Below, piece after piece: positions 30,514 to 40,164 of a stretch of DNA of 64,000 bases (within the stretch, counting starts at the first letter, position 1; every line of letters begins with the position of its first letter). Origin of the DNA: SAR202 cluster bacterium bin22. Its GTDB lineage: Bacteria; Chloroflexota; Dehalococcoidia; Lucifugimonadales; UBA3495. Position numbers and translations under genes: made by a program. Where the stretch lies: the NCBI GenBank assembly GCA_002238505.1, contig MPMM01000014.1, positions 19,845 to 83,844 on the forward strand. Reading direction: 5' to 3'. The notes under the pieces are model-generated. The model saw only the letters and a list, made by a program, of their open reading frames with translations. It was not told the DNA's origin and ran no database searches.

Positions 30514-31399
30514 AAGACACGTGTCATATGTAAGTACAAAGTGACAGGTGCACTGTTCAGACGTTCAGGCCTTCAGCCAATAAGGGCGAGATGAAAGACT
30601 GTTTGGGTTGCAGAGAAGTCGTCCGCCGGCAGCTTGCCCCGGTCCAACTTCCCCGCGGGATCAGCGAGTCCTCAATCCGCCTCGAAGTCAACGTCGGAAC
30701 CAGTCACAAAGCTGAAAGCGTTTCCGTGATTGAGGGCAAGGCCCGCGGTGACAGCGCTCGCCGCTTTCGTGAGTTCACCATCGCCGGCTCCCTGCCGGCA
30801 GAAGCCGGTTACGTTGGCGTGGACACCAGCTTTTCCATGGGAACGACGGGCTGCGCGTAATGCATTTCCCAAGGGGCTATGGAAGGCAGCAAAAGGTAGT
30901 GGAGGGTAGTGAGGGGGTGTAGAAGTTGGGCACAAAATCCGTGCGGCTTAGCTTTGAGCCCGCGCCTGATGTTTCGAGCAGCCGGGTGATTGTTTACCTG
31001 GCAACGTGGGGCGTCTTCCTGATGGCTCTTGGCTTATACCAGCTTGTTGAAACCAACAGATGAGGGGAAAGGAGGAACCGTGGCAGGGCGGAGTAACAAA
31101 ATTTTCCAGGACAAAGTTCCCTATAGCGGGACGGTCTCGCCAGGGAAGAAACGACGCCGTCCTCTGCACCGCCGACGCGGGGGAGCAGAACAAAATACGG
31201 GCAATATTTTGCGGATGTGCGCCAGGGCGGGACGACTGTGGGTTCGGCATGTGACTACTTTCTTTGCGGGTTTCACAAGGTGACGCGGGTTTCGCGCCAG
31301 CAGCTGCGGATCGTCGTCATGGCCAATTGCCAAAGGCACATGTCAAAGACTGCGCCGAAAGCAGGGGGTAGCCCAGGGTGATTTGATTTGGCTCCCCTG

Positions 31400-31560
31400 C
31401 CCGGGCGTCAGATCAAATTCGGTTTATTGGCGTTGCACTTCGTTTGTGAATTTACCCCCTCTTGTACCCTTTAGCTGACCATTGGCAACCTGCCTGAATT
31501 CCGGCTCAAGGCCGGAATGACGATTCGGATTCAGCAGTCATCATTTCAAACCTGTTGGCC
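31400..31560 (+). repeat. MITE-like repeat family A, copy 2
   Basis: Nearly identical to the reverse complement of 40919-41066, and matches 58-150 over its right half. Ends 2 nt from the stop codon of the 31563 gene. Confidence 0.8.
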
Positions 31561-31562
31561 AG

Positions 31563-33599
31563 CTATGCTTCTACCACCAGCCACCGCGCCAGCATTTCCC
31601 CGGTTCGCGCCCGGGCAATAATTTCCATTCCCTCGATGAAGAAGTCCCCTTCAATGCTGGGGCTGCTGCTGACCACCCTTACCCGGTCCGACAAAGTTCG
31701 GTGTACCATCTGCGCCAGGTTCGGGCCGCCGCCGTTGGCCAGGGTAAGAACCAGGCGGGTCTTTGGCAGGCCCCTTTCCGCCAGCCGCGCCTCAGCCCCC
31801 ACCCGCGCCGCCGCATAGTTGTCGATGTACCGGCAGTCCACCACCGCATCCCGCAGGCCGTGGCTGGACTGGCTGGCTGGGTCTTCCGCCCGGTAGCTGG
31901 TGGGTTCTGGCGCCTCATACGTCCGGTCTGCCATCAGCCGCAGGAGAGTCAGGTAGGCGGTGGCGGATGCGTGTTTGTTGGTAACCCGCACCACCGTCCC
32001 CCGACCCCGGTACCGGTCCGACGGCGCGGCCAGCGAGCCGCCCGGCGCGTAGGGCAGGGTAACGGCAAGGCTGTCCGTCAGGTCGTCGCTCCCGCCATCG
32101 GGACGGGCATTGGCGGTGTAATCGGTGTCGGCTGCCGGCGCCTGGAAGGAGTCCACCACCTCGTACCTGTCGCTTTCCGCCAGGAAGTCCCGGCTGGCGC
32201 CGGCGGGTATGGCCGGAACATCCCGCAACCGCCAGATTTCCTGCGGGCCACGGCTGGCTGCCAGGCGGTAGCGGAAAGCCACCGAGTTTTCCACGCCGTC
32301 ACTGCCATTGTCCCAGGCCAGGTCCGAGAAGTAGGGCCCCGAACCACTGGTATCCCGCAAGGTGGCCCGCGCCGATGTGTGGGCGCCCACGTTGCGGTGC
32401 CCCGCGTCTTCCAGCAGCAGGTAGCCCCGCCCATCCAGGTAAAGGCGCCCGTTTTCTTCCTCTGCCAGTCCGGAAAGGGCCCGGTCTGCCGGAAGCCGCC
32501 ACATCGCCCTGGGTTCGGTGGCTACCAGGGTCTGTCCCTGGTCCAGCCTGCGGTGGGTGGGGCTGAAGCCGGCCCAGGTGAGGATGCTGTTGGCGATGCT
32601 GCCGGTGGAAAGGGAGGACTGGTTGAACAGGTTGTAAAGGGGCCACTGGGCCAGCAGGTGCAGGTCGTCCCGCGCCTCGCAGCAGGAAACGTACCCCAGT
32701 TGCGGGTCCCTTTCCGGCGACAGCTTGACCAGTGAGCCGTGAAAGAAGCTGCGCCAGCCTCCGAACTGACCCCACCGGTCTGCCGTGGCGGTAGCCGAGC
32801 CATCGTGCCACAGGCCGTGCCTGGTGGCGGTGGCATTGCCGGCGTTGCCCCCACCGTCGAGAATGGTCTTCCGGTCCGCGCTGCCCTCCGCGAGGTCGGT
32901 GGCAAACAGGCGCACCGAGCTTCCGTGCAGGGCAATTTCGATGAAGTAGTCGCGCCCCGCAACCAGCGGGTCTCCCCGCCGCAGGAAGGAGGGGAACCCG
33001 AAGGTGACTTCCTCCAGCACCGTGCCATCGTCGCGGAAGCTGACCTTGAGATAGTCCCACTGGCTGGCCACCCGCAGGGCAACCCCGCTGCCGCCGTTGC
33101 TGCCGCGCCGGAATATGAAGCCGACGTGGGCGTCGGGGTCGCCAAAGTCCAGGGTGTAGATGGCCCCGCCGCCACCGATGGCGGGTTTGGCCCGTCCCCG
33201 CTCCAGGACCACGCTGGCCGGCCCGGTGGACGCCTTGTTCCAGGTCAGGCCCGGTCCCACCGGCGCCGTCCGGCCGTTCAGGTCTGCGCCCTCGGCCCCC
33301 TGGAAATTATCCAGGGGCCAGGCGAAGGCCGCCCATACCCGTTTCCCCGCATTCAGGTGACCGTGCAGGGGCGACTGCGAATTGCCCGGGGTGTACCGCT
33401 GGTCCCGGTTGCCCAGGGTAAGGCGCAACTCCGCCGGTGGCAGCCCGCGCCGGGGCCGCGATGTCGCAACTCGCCTGCCCCACCGCCACTCCAAGTCCAG
33501 CACATCGTCCGTGACCTCTTCCCGGTATTCGCCGTTGCTTTCTCCCCAGGTGCCGTTGCCGTTCCAGTCCACCCAAATCCGCCAATGGGGACTAATCAT
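31563..33599 (-). CDS. Phage minor/distal tail-like protein with large central insert
   Basis: Start set at ATG 33597-33599, after ggaggt. The N-terminus (WRIWVDWNGNGTW...LRLTLGNRDQRYTPGN) and C-terminus (LVLTLANG...LSDRVRVV...GDFFIEGMEI) resemble siphovirus distal-tail (Dit-like) proteins as recalled. Sits last in the structural block. Confidence 0.4.
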   Translation of the reverse strand: MISPHWRIWVDWNGNGTWGESNGEYREEVTDDVLDLEWRWGRRVATSRPRRGLPPAELRLTLGNRDQRYTPGNSQSPLHGHLNAGKRVWAAFAWPLDNFQGAEGADLNGRTAPVGPGLTWNKASTGPASVVLERGRAKPAIGGGGAIYTLDFGDPDAHVGFIFRRGSNGGSGVALRVASQWDYLKVSFRDDGTVLEEVTFGFPSFLRRGDPLVAGRDYFIEIALHGSSVRLFATDLAEGSADRKTILDGGGNAGNATATRHGLWHDGSATATADRWGQFGGWRSFFHGSLVKLSPERDPQLGYVSCCEARDDLHLLAQWPLYNLFNQSSLSTGSIANSILTWAGFSPTHRRLDQGQTLVATEPRAMWRLPADRALSGLAEEENGRLYLDGRGYLLLEDAGHRNVGAHTSARATLRDTSGSGPYFSDLAWDNGSDGVENSVAFRYRLAASRGPQEIWRLRDVPAIPAGASRDFLAESDRYEVVDSFQAPAADTDYTANARPDGGSDDLTDSLAVTLPYAPGGSLAAPSDRYRGRGTVVRVTNKHASATAYLTLLRLMADRTYEAPEPTSYRAEDPASQSSHGLRDAVVDCRYIDNYAAARVGAEARLAERGLPKTRLVLTLANGGGPNLAQMVHRTLSDRVRVVSSSPSIEGDFFIEGMEIIARARTGEMLARWLVVEA

Positions 33600-33634
33600 C
33601 CCTTCAATTACCTCCAGCGAAAAACTCCTGCCCC

Positions 33635-34078
33635 TTAGCTCCAGACGTCCAGCGTCACCGGACCCGACTGCTGAAACCTGGCCGTGAACCGCACCAGCCC
33701 GACCCGGCTGCCGTCGGTGACGCTGCCGCTGACCTGGTAGCTGAGGCAAAGGAACCGGCCGGTGACCCGGCGCTGCCCCGTACCCCTGCCTGCCGGGCCA
33801 TAACTGACCGTTACCACCTGGCCCACTATGCCCGCCAGCACCGCGTCGGGACCCGTCACGGGCGTATCGTCGAACAGGCCTTGAAGCGTGAACTCCTGTA
33901 CGGGTTCAAGCCCGGCCACCAGTTGCCGCGCATCGTCATTCAGGCCCGTAACGTCCAGGGCCGCCACCAGCAGGCCCAGGGGACCCACCGCTTCGACGCA
34001 AGCGGACAGGTCCTGGGCCACCCCATTGACGTCGGTTACCTCGATGTAGCTGCGACCCGCCACCGGCGCCTTGGCCAT
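33635..34078 (-). CDS. Putative phage tail tube / major tail protein
   Basis: 147 aa. Position and size fit, and the pattern IEVTD..G...DLS..V..V......LDVTGL......G.....F.L.GLFDD is tail-tube-like. Weak, based on recall only. Confidence 0.4.
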   Translation of the reverse strand: MAKAPVAGRSYIEVTDVNGVAQDLSACVEAVGPLGLLVAALDVTGLNDDARQLVAGLEPVQEFTLQGLFDDTPVTGPDAVLAGIVGQVVTVSYGPAGRGTGQRRVTGRFLCLSYQVSGSVTDGSRVGLVRFTARFQQSGPVTLDVWS

Positions 34079-34131
34079 AAGTACCTCCCTCCCTGCCGGT
34101 TTCCCGGCTATCCTTGTTAGCGACGGCAGAC

Positions 34132-34614
34132 CTACCCACTCACATACCCCTGCACCTGGAAGGCGACGCCCCAGTAGCTGGCCTTGCCGTAGCTTACGCG
34201 TCCGCCCTCGGAGGCACGGGTCAGGCGGAACCAGTCCACCGCCCCTCCGGAACCGGTGGCGTCCTCCACCTGGGCCCTTACCGAACCCGGGCCGGTGGGG
34301 GCAACGTAGGCCGCCAGTTCGTCCCAGGCCTGGGCAGCGTCGCCGGAACTGGTGAGAATGAGCACCTCAAGACCGTAGGCAACATCGTCGCCGGCCAGCG
34401 TACCGTTGTATTCGGCCAGGGGACTGCCGGTCCGGATAATGGCGGCCGGCAATTCCGTGATCGCGTCCGGGGGCTCGCCATATACCCTTACTCCCGACAG
34501 ACGGCCCAGCCGCCTCGCCAGTTCATCCCTCACTGCAATCAATGCCACTTCAAACCCCCCAATTCCATTAGCGATTATTCGCGACTGTTGGTGACTGGTC
34601 GTGGATGAATACAT
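34132..34614 (-). CDS. Putative head-tail joining / tail terminator-like protein
   Basis: 160-aa ORF, 7 nt after the connector gene. Size and position match neck proteins. No strong motif. Confidence 0.35.
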   Translation of the reverse strand: MYSSTTSHQQSRIIANGIGGFEVALIAVRDELARRLGRLSGVRVYGEPPDAITELPAAIIRTGSPLAEYNGTLAGDDVAYGLEVLILTSSGDAAQAWDELAAYVAPTGPGSVRAQVEDATGSGGAVDWFRLTRASEGGRVSYGKASYWGVAFQVQGYVSG

Positions 34615-34620
34615 CCTTAA

Positions 34621-35460
34621 TCAAAGGGGCAGTTTCCGGTAAGCCGCCACCAGGGACTTCAACTCCCGCCCGGGGTCCACGGCCTCTCCCGCCGGACGGC
34701 GGGGGTCCTCAAACCCCCGCGCCGCCCGGTCGCGGGTGTGCCATAGCTGGACTGCCAGTTGCAGGCAGCCCTCGGATACCGGCCCGGGGTAGCGGTACAG
34801 CCTGATGGGAGTCGCCGTGGTGTGCGCCGCTGCCTCGGTGCCGTTGACGCCCCGTTCCAGCGTTGCTTCCGGCGCGGCCACGGCGGTCACGTAAACCTGC
34901 TCGTCGTCCAGCGCCAGCGTGTGGCCCGGGGCCAGGGCATCAGCGTCCGACAGCGTTACCGTGGTATCCCCGGCGGCCAGGGCGGCGCCGGTGGTCGCGC
35001 CCGTTTCCACCAGGTCCAGCCGGTAGCCCCAGCGGCCCGCAATTTCCACCAGGGCGTGGCAGTCCGTCCGGCGGCACAGGGGCGTGCATACCGGTTCAAT
35101 GGCCATGCGGGTGTAGGGACGCCCCCACGCCCTCTCGGGGGATGCATCCATGGGATAGAGCCGGTAGGAGGCCGTTCGCCACTTTGGCTGTCCCGCCCCG
35201 CCGTCAAACTTGGCCGCCACCCGCGCCGAGTCCACGGATATCAGGTCCGGCACCAGCAACTGCTGCAGCCCCGGCGACCACCAGTTGGCCTCAAACTGCC
35301 GGGTGGTCTCCAGCACGTAGAAATGGCGGTTGCAGTAACCGTCAATCAGCCGCGACGCTTCCTCCAGCAGGTTCAACAGCCGCCGGTCGTGGGCATTGCC
35401 GCTGATGTTCAGCGCCCCGGCGGATTTCAGCGTATCCAAATCACAATAGGCATTGGTCAT
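34621..35460 (-). CDS. Phage gp6-like head-tail connector domain protein (extended, 279 aa)
   Basis: Start moved to ATG 35458-35460. The N-terminus YCDLDTLKSAGALNISGNAHDRRLLNLLEEASRLIDGYCNRHF is the typical gp6-like connector signature. Confidence 0.6.
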   Translation of the reverse strand: MTNAYCDLDTLKSAGALNISGNAHDRRLLNLLEEASRLIDGYCNRHFYVLETTRQFEANWWSPGLQQLLVPDLISVDSARVAAKFDGGAGQPKWRTASYRLYPMDASPERAWGRPYTRMAIEPVCTPLCRRTDCHALVEIAGRWGYRLDLVETGATTGAALAAGDTTVTLSDADALAPGHTLALDDEQVYVTAVAAPEATLERGVNGTEAAAHTTATPIRLYRYPGPVSEGCLQLAVQLWHTRDRAARGFEDPRRPAGEAVDPGRELKSLVAAYRKLPL

Positions 35461-35611
35461 ATTCGCCAGTCTCCTGATTCTGTTCTCCCTGATTCGTCCC
35501 GTTCCGTAGGGGCGCACGGCCGTGCGCCCCTACCCCCAATCCCCCCGACCCTCCAATCACCCCCAACCCAACCATCACCCATCGGAGGGCGAAGGGATAA
35601 GGGAATGTGTC

Positions 35612-36943
35612 CTAGACCCCGGTGATGTTGTACTGGAGGGCCGTGTGGGTGGCGGTGCCGCGGCTGCCCGTCCGCTCCATGAAGGCCAGGCGCATGCTCA
35701 CCACCATCACGTTCTGACGCTTCTGAATGTCGCGGGTGGTCTCGATGAGCAGTTCCCGGCGGAACCCCAGCCGCCACTGGGTGCGGTTGGTAATGAGCAG
35801 ACGGCCCTTCGTGTTGGAGTTGGCCCCGTCGGTAACCTTGCCGTCGGCATCGGCGGCTGCCATCTGCTCCGAAACGATTACCGGAATTCCCTCAACCGCG
35901 CCCAGTTGCCCCCGCAGCAGGGTGGCGCTGTTGCCCATCTTGTCCAGGGTGCGGAAATTGCTGACGGTCAGGGACTTGATGTAGGTGCTGACGTCCATGA
36001 TGTACGCCAGTTCCGAGGGCCGTACCCCGTACCTGCCCAGCTTGCCCCGGATCTCGTTGAACATGCCGTCGCTGACCGCCGCGTTGTGGTTGTTGGCCTG
36101 GGTGGCGTTGTCCACCAGGGGCAGGTGCAGCAGGCCGTCGAAGCCCACCAGCCAGTGGCCCTTGCCGGCGGTGGAGGCCATGATGGTGGCCCCGTCGGCG
36201 TTGATGTTGTTGGTGGCGGTGGTGTCGGCGTTCAGCAGCACATCGTCAATCACCTCCACCGCGTTGCGCACCAGCGAACTGCGCACCTCCTCGGCCATGG
36301 CGATGACCGCGTCCTCGTCCAGGGTCAGCGACCAAGGCACCTCGGCCACCAGTTCGTGGGCGGTCAGGGTCTGCCGGGCGGTGGACGGAGCCGAGCCGGT
36401 AACCGCCGTATTCTCCGTCCCCGGGTACCAGTTGACCCCGCCCAGCTGCAGGGGAATCTCAAAGGGATTGGTGGGCATATCCACCCGCGAGAAGAGGGGA
36501 GCGATCAGGGTTTCCAGGTTGACGTCCGACCACAGGGCCGAGGCCTCGGCGGTGGCCACCAGTTCATCGCCCGAGCCGGCGGTGGCGCTGTCCAGGGCTG
36601 CCTTCAGGTTGTTCTGCCAGTCCTCCAGCATCCGCTGGTTCAGCCCGGCCGGTTCGCGAAGCTGGGCGTTTAGGACGCTGCGCACGTAGGCCAGCGACAG
36701 GGCGTCCATGCCCCGGTACTTGCCGTGGGTTACCCGGGGCCGGTCCTCGCCGCCGTACCGGGCCAGCAGGGCCCGCCGTTCCCCGGCCCGCCACTGCTCC
36801 TGCACCTGTCCCAGTTGTGCGGCGATGCGGCCTACCTCCTCCTGCAGGGGAGCCAGGTCCGAGTCCATCCGCGACTCATAGAAGTCCCGTATCCCTGCCA
36901 CTTCCCGCCTGATCAGTTCCAGGTCCTGTGTTCCCAGTGTCAT
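35612..36943 (-). CDS. HK97-family phage major capsid protein
   Basis: Start at ATG 36941-36943, after aaggag. N-terminal coiled-coil scaffold-like region, capsid core, and C-terminus LLITNRTQWRLGFRRELLIETTRDIQKRQNVMVVSMRLAF. Confidence 0.85.
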   Translation of the reverse strand: MTLGTQDLELIRREVAGIRDFYESRMDSDLAPLQEEVGRIAAQLGQVQEQWRAGERRALLARYGGEDRPRVTHGKYRGMDALSLAYVRSVLNAQLREPAGLNQRMLEDWQNNLKAALDSATAGSGDELVATAEASALWSDVNLETLIAPLFSRVDMPTNPFEIPLQLGGVNWYPGTENTAVTGSAPSTARQTLTAHELVAEVPWSLTLDEDAVIAMAEEVRSSLVRNAVEVIDDVLLNADTTATNNINADGATIMASTAGKGHWLVGFDGLLHLPLVDNATQANNHNAAVSDGMFNEIRGKLGRYGVRPSELAYIMDVSTYIKSLTVSNFRTLDKMGNSATLLRGQLGAVEGIPVIVSEQMAAADADGKVTDGANSNTKGRLLITNRTQWRLGFRRELLIETTRDIQKRQNVMVVSMRLAFMERTGSRGTATHTALQYNITGV

Positions 36944-37021
36944 GCAATTTCTCCTTTTCCACGTTTGTTTCATTCGTCTTTTCCCCGTTACGAGGACGCA
37001 CGGCCGTGCGTCCCTACGGCG

Positions 37022-37753
37022 TCAGGGGCCCGGAGTGATGGACCGCAACGCCTCCACCACGTCCTCCACCGTCACCCCGGGCCCTGGCGCCTCCGGCCCC
37101 CGCTGCCGCAGCAGGGCATTGCGGTTGGCGGGCACGGGCACCGCGCTCACCTCCACCAGTTCCTGCTCCAGGAACCGCACGCCCAGGAAGGCCCCCGTCA
37201 CCGGGTCCCGCCGCTCCTCGTACCGGAGGGGCTGGAACCCCACCGACACGCCCTGCTGGTAGCCGCTGCGGTACAGGGCCGCCACCTCGCGGGCGAAGGG
37301 GGCCGGGGCGAACTCCATCCGCGCCAGCAACTGCCCCGGCTCCGGCCACACCGCCAGCGCCCGCCCGATGGCCGGCAGGCCGTAGTTATGGGCCCACAGC
37401 AGCACCGGATTGCGCAGGTAGGCCTGCAGCCGCCACCCCTGGGCCACCACCACGTCGCCGTGCCGGTCCACCTCCTCGTTGGAAATGACAAAGGTCAGGG
37501 GCGGACCGCCCTCGCCGCCCTCGCCGTCCTTGCCGATGCTGGCCGCCACACCGCCCTCCTCCATCACCACCCCGTTGGCTGCCCCGTTTGCCACGTCCTC
37601 TGCCATATCGCGTCCGGCGGCCGGACCCGTCCCCAACTTCCGCAGCAGGGGCGCATCGGCCAGCCCCCGCCGGTACCGCTCCAGCGACTCCAGCAACTGC
37701 TCCCGTTCCGCCTCCCGGCCCTCACCCGACTCCCCCGGAAAATTCACCGTCAA
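37022..37753 (-). CDS. HK97-family prohead protease
   Basis: FVISNEEVDRHGDVV...LLWAHN protease core. A TTG start at 37751-37753 follows ggaggagg. The ORF-track N-terminus would run through a terminator hairpin. Confidence 0.8.
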   Translation of the reverse strand: MTVNFPGESGEGREAEREQLLESLERYRRGLADAPLLRKLGTGPAAGRDMAEDVANGAANGVVMEEGGVAASIGKDGEGGEGGPPLTFVISNEEVDRHGDVVVAQGWRLQAYLRNPVLLWAHNYGLPAIGRALAVWPEPGQLLARMEFAPAPFAREVAALYRSGYQQGVSVGFQPLRYEERRDPVTGAFLGVRFLEQELVEVSAVPVPANRNALLRQRGPEAPGPGVTVEDVVEALRSITPGP

Positions 37754-37808
37754 TCTCGTGCCTCCTCCTTTCCCGCCTTCCTGCCTTCTGCCCCGGGCAG
37801 GGATTGCG

Positions 37809-37847
37809 CAAAACAAAGAGGGACTAACCCACAAAGGTCAGTCCCTC
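37809..37847 (-). terminator. Intrinsic terminator-like hairpin just upstream of the prohead protease gene
   Basis: Minus strand: gagggactgacctttgtgggttagtccctc followed by tttgttttg. Confidence 0.55.
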
Positions 37848-38005
37848 GCGTACATCTGCGGACGCTGCCCGCGCCCCACTATTCGGTTGCCCGTAGTCCG
37901 TCGGCCGGGATACTCGAATCCTCCCCTGCCTGTTCCGACACTATTCAGGCTAGTGAGCCGTCATCTAGCTCGTCAATGACCAACTGTCACCTCAATAAAC
38001 CCCCA

Positions 38006-38436
38006 CCCCCCGTTCGCCCTGAGCCTGTCGAAGGGCCTGAGCCCCCACACCCGTTCACCCTGAGCCTGTCGAAGGGCCCATCCCCAAGTCATGTCGCCCT
38101 GAGCGCAGCCGAAGGGCCTGAACTCCACCGCGCCCAAAACGTCTCGGGCGCCGTTCCGCGCCTGGTAGGCCAGGATTTTAGACTCTTCGGCAGGCTCAGA
38201 GTGACATTGACTTTGGGCGTGGCTGGCTTGTTCTTTCAGGGCAATGGCCTTTCAACTTGCTGGCAAATTACACAGGAAGCTTTGGCAAGAAGTCATGTCG
38301 CCCTGAGCGCAGCCGAAGGGCCTGAACTCCACCGCGCCCAAAACGTCTCGGGCGCCGTTCGGCGCCTGGTTGGCAAGGACTTTAGACTCTTCGGCAAGCT
38401 CAGAGTGACATTGACTTTGGGCGTGGGTGGTTTGCG
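38006..38436. repeat. Composite R1 repeat block upstream of the methyltransferase (MITE-like units with inverted R1 arms)
   Basis: R1 cores at 38006-38036 and 38050-38075. The unit 38091-38207 has inverted arms atgtcgccctgagcgcagccgaagggc / actcttcggcaggctcagagtgacat. A second unit lies at 38293-38410. About 270 bp is repeated directly at 40197-40470. Confidence 0.85.
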
Positions 38437-38523
38437 CGCTCCCTTGCTCAACCCCCGCCCCTTCCCTCCGTGTTACAATCTCCCCGGCAAGCCGGATACG
38501 ACCATCACCGCGCTGAATCAAAA

Positions 38524-40152
38524 ATGACCAACGCCCTCTACTACGGCGACAACCTCCAGGTGCTGCGCGACCATATCCCCGACGAGTCGGTGGACCTGGT
38601 ATATCTCGACCCGCCCTTCAACTCCAACGCCTCCTACAACGTCCTCTTCCGCGAAAAGTCGGGCGAGGAGTCGCCGGCCCAGATCAAGGCCTTCACCGAT
38701 ACCTGGGAGTGGACGCTGGAGACGGAACGGACCTTCGAGGAGGACATCATCCTCAACCCCGGCACGCCCCCGGCGGTGAAGGAGATGATCAGCGCCTTCC
38801 GCGACTTCATCGGGCGCAACGCGATGATGGCCTACCTGGTGATGATGACGCCCCGCCTGGTGGAACTGCGCCGCGTCCTCAAGCCCACCGGCAGCCTCTA
38901 CCTCCACTGCGACCCCACCGCCAGCCATTATTTGAAGATTGTGATGGACACGGTGTTTGGGGCGAAGAGTTTCAGGAGTGAAATCATATGGAGGCGAACA
39001 AATTCAAAGGGTTTGGCCTTCAAGGGATTTCCTAACAACTCTGATACCTTGCTTTATTACTCCAAAGGCGACGCATTTGCGTGGAATCGGCCTTTCATTG
39101 CTCACGACCCTGAATATGTAGAAAGGTTTTATCGCCACGTAGAACCTGAAACTGGGCGGCGTTACAGGCTAAGTGATCTCACTAACCCAAATAAGAACAG
39201 GCCAAATTTAACGTATGAATGGAATGGTCACACCAGGGTTTGGCGGTGGACCAGAGATAGGATGCAGAAAGCCGACGACGATGGACTAATTCATTACTCC
39301 TCTACTGGACTGGCTTCTCAAAAGCGCTATCTCGACGAAATGCAAGGCAATCCAGTTGATACCATCTGGGAAGATATTGCGCCTATCCAAGCGCAGTCCC
39401 CCGAACGCCTCGGCTACCCCACCCAGAAACCCGAGGCCCTCCTCGAACGCATCATCCAGGCCTCCTCCAACGAGGGGGACGTGATTCTGGACCCCTTCTG
39501 CGGGTGCGGGACGGCGGTGGCGGCGGCGCAGAAACTCAACCGCCAGTGGCTGGGCATCGACATCACCCACCTGGCCGTCTCCCTGATGAAATCCCGCCTT
39601 AAGGACATGTTCAACCTGGATCCGGGCCGGGACTACGAGGTGGTGGGGGAACCCCGGGACGTGGGCAGCGCCCGGGCCCTCTTCGAGCAGGACCCCTTCC
39701 AGTTCCAGTTCTGGGCCGTCTCCCTGCTGGAGGCCGTGCCCCAGGACCAGCAGAAGCGCGGCGCCGACCGGGGCATTGACGGCCTCTTCTACTTCATTGA
39801 CGGCCCCCGCCGCACTCCCCAGAAGGTGGTGGTGCAGGTGAAGGGCGGCGGCGCCCAGGTGCGCGACGTCCGCGACCTCAAGGGGGTGCTGGAACGGGAG
39901 AAGGCGGCCCTGGGCCTGTTCATATCCCTGCAGGAACCCACCCGCCCCATGCGCGAGGAAGAGGCCTCCGGCGGCTTCTACCAGTCGGAACTGTGGCAGC
40001 GCGCCTACCCCAAAGTCCAGATCCGCACCATCGAGCAGTTGCTGGCCGGTCACGACTTCGACCTGCCCCCGCGCCAGTCCGCCTACCAGGCGGCCGCCCG
40101 AGTCCGCCGCCCCGAGGGCGAGCAGACCACCCTGGAAGAACTGGCAGGCTAA
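38524..40152 (+). CDS. Beta-class N6A/N4C DNA methyltransferase fused to a C-terminal Mrr-like (PD-(D/E)xK) domain
   Basis: Motif IV DPPF (LVYLDPPFNSN) precedes motif I DPFCGCGT, which is the beta permutation order. C-terminal GADRGIDG...VVVQVKGG is restriction-endonuclease-like. Start moved to ATG 38524 (MTNALYYGDN). Confidence 0.85.
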   Translation: MTNALYYGDNLQVLRDHIPDESVDLVYLDPPFNSNASYNVLFREKSGEESPAQIKAFTDTWEWTLETERTFEEDIILNPGTPPAVKEMISAFRDFIGRNAMMAYLVMMTPRLVELRRVLKPTGSLYLHCDPTASHYLKIVMDTVFGAKSFRSEIIWRRTNSKGLAFKGFPNNSDTLLYYSKGDAFAWNRPFIAHDPEYVERFYRHVEPETGRRYRLSDLTNPNKNRPNLTYEWNGHTRVWRWTRDRMQKADDDGLIHYSSTGLASQKRYLDEMQGNPVDTIWEDIAPIQAQSPERLGYPTQKPEALLERIIQASSNEGDVILDPFCGCGTAVAAAQKLNRQWLGIDITHLAVSLMKSRLKDMFNLDPGRDYEVVGEPRDVGSARALFEQDPFQFQFWAVSLLEAVPQDQQKRGADRGIDGLFYFIDGPRRTPQKVVVQVKGGGAQVRDVRDLKGVLEREKAALGLFISLQEPTRPMREEEASGGFYQSELWQRAYPKVQIRTIEQLLAGHDFDLPPRQSAYQAAARVRRPEGEQTTLEELAG

Positions 40153-40164
40153 TTCCCCCATCCC

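Noticed and set aside
30591-30860. 89-aa ORF as a RiPP or lantipeptide precursor regulated by the adjacent two-component system
   Set aside because: There are no modification enzyme or transporter genes nearby and no recognisable leader or core pattern. Retained only as part of the unexplained-gap finding.
37850-37960. tRNA-like T-arm string (ggattcgagtatcc) that could mark a prophage att site
   Set aside because: No acceptor or anticodon arms can be folded around it. The stem and loop lengths do not fit a tRNA T-arm.
36725-38527. 600-aa plus-strand ORF spanning the capsid-protease region and the repeat block
   Set aside because: It lies antisense to the capsid and protease genes and then reads through R1/MITE repeats (translated as SLSKGP, ALSAAEGPEL). 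No protein-like features.
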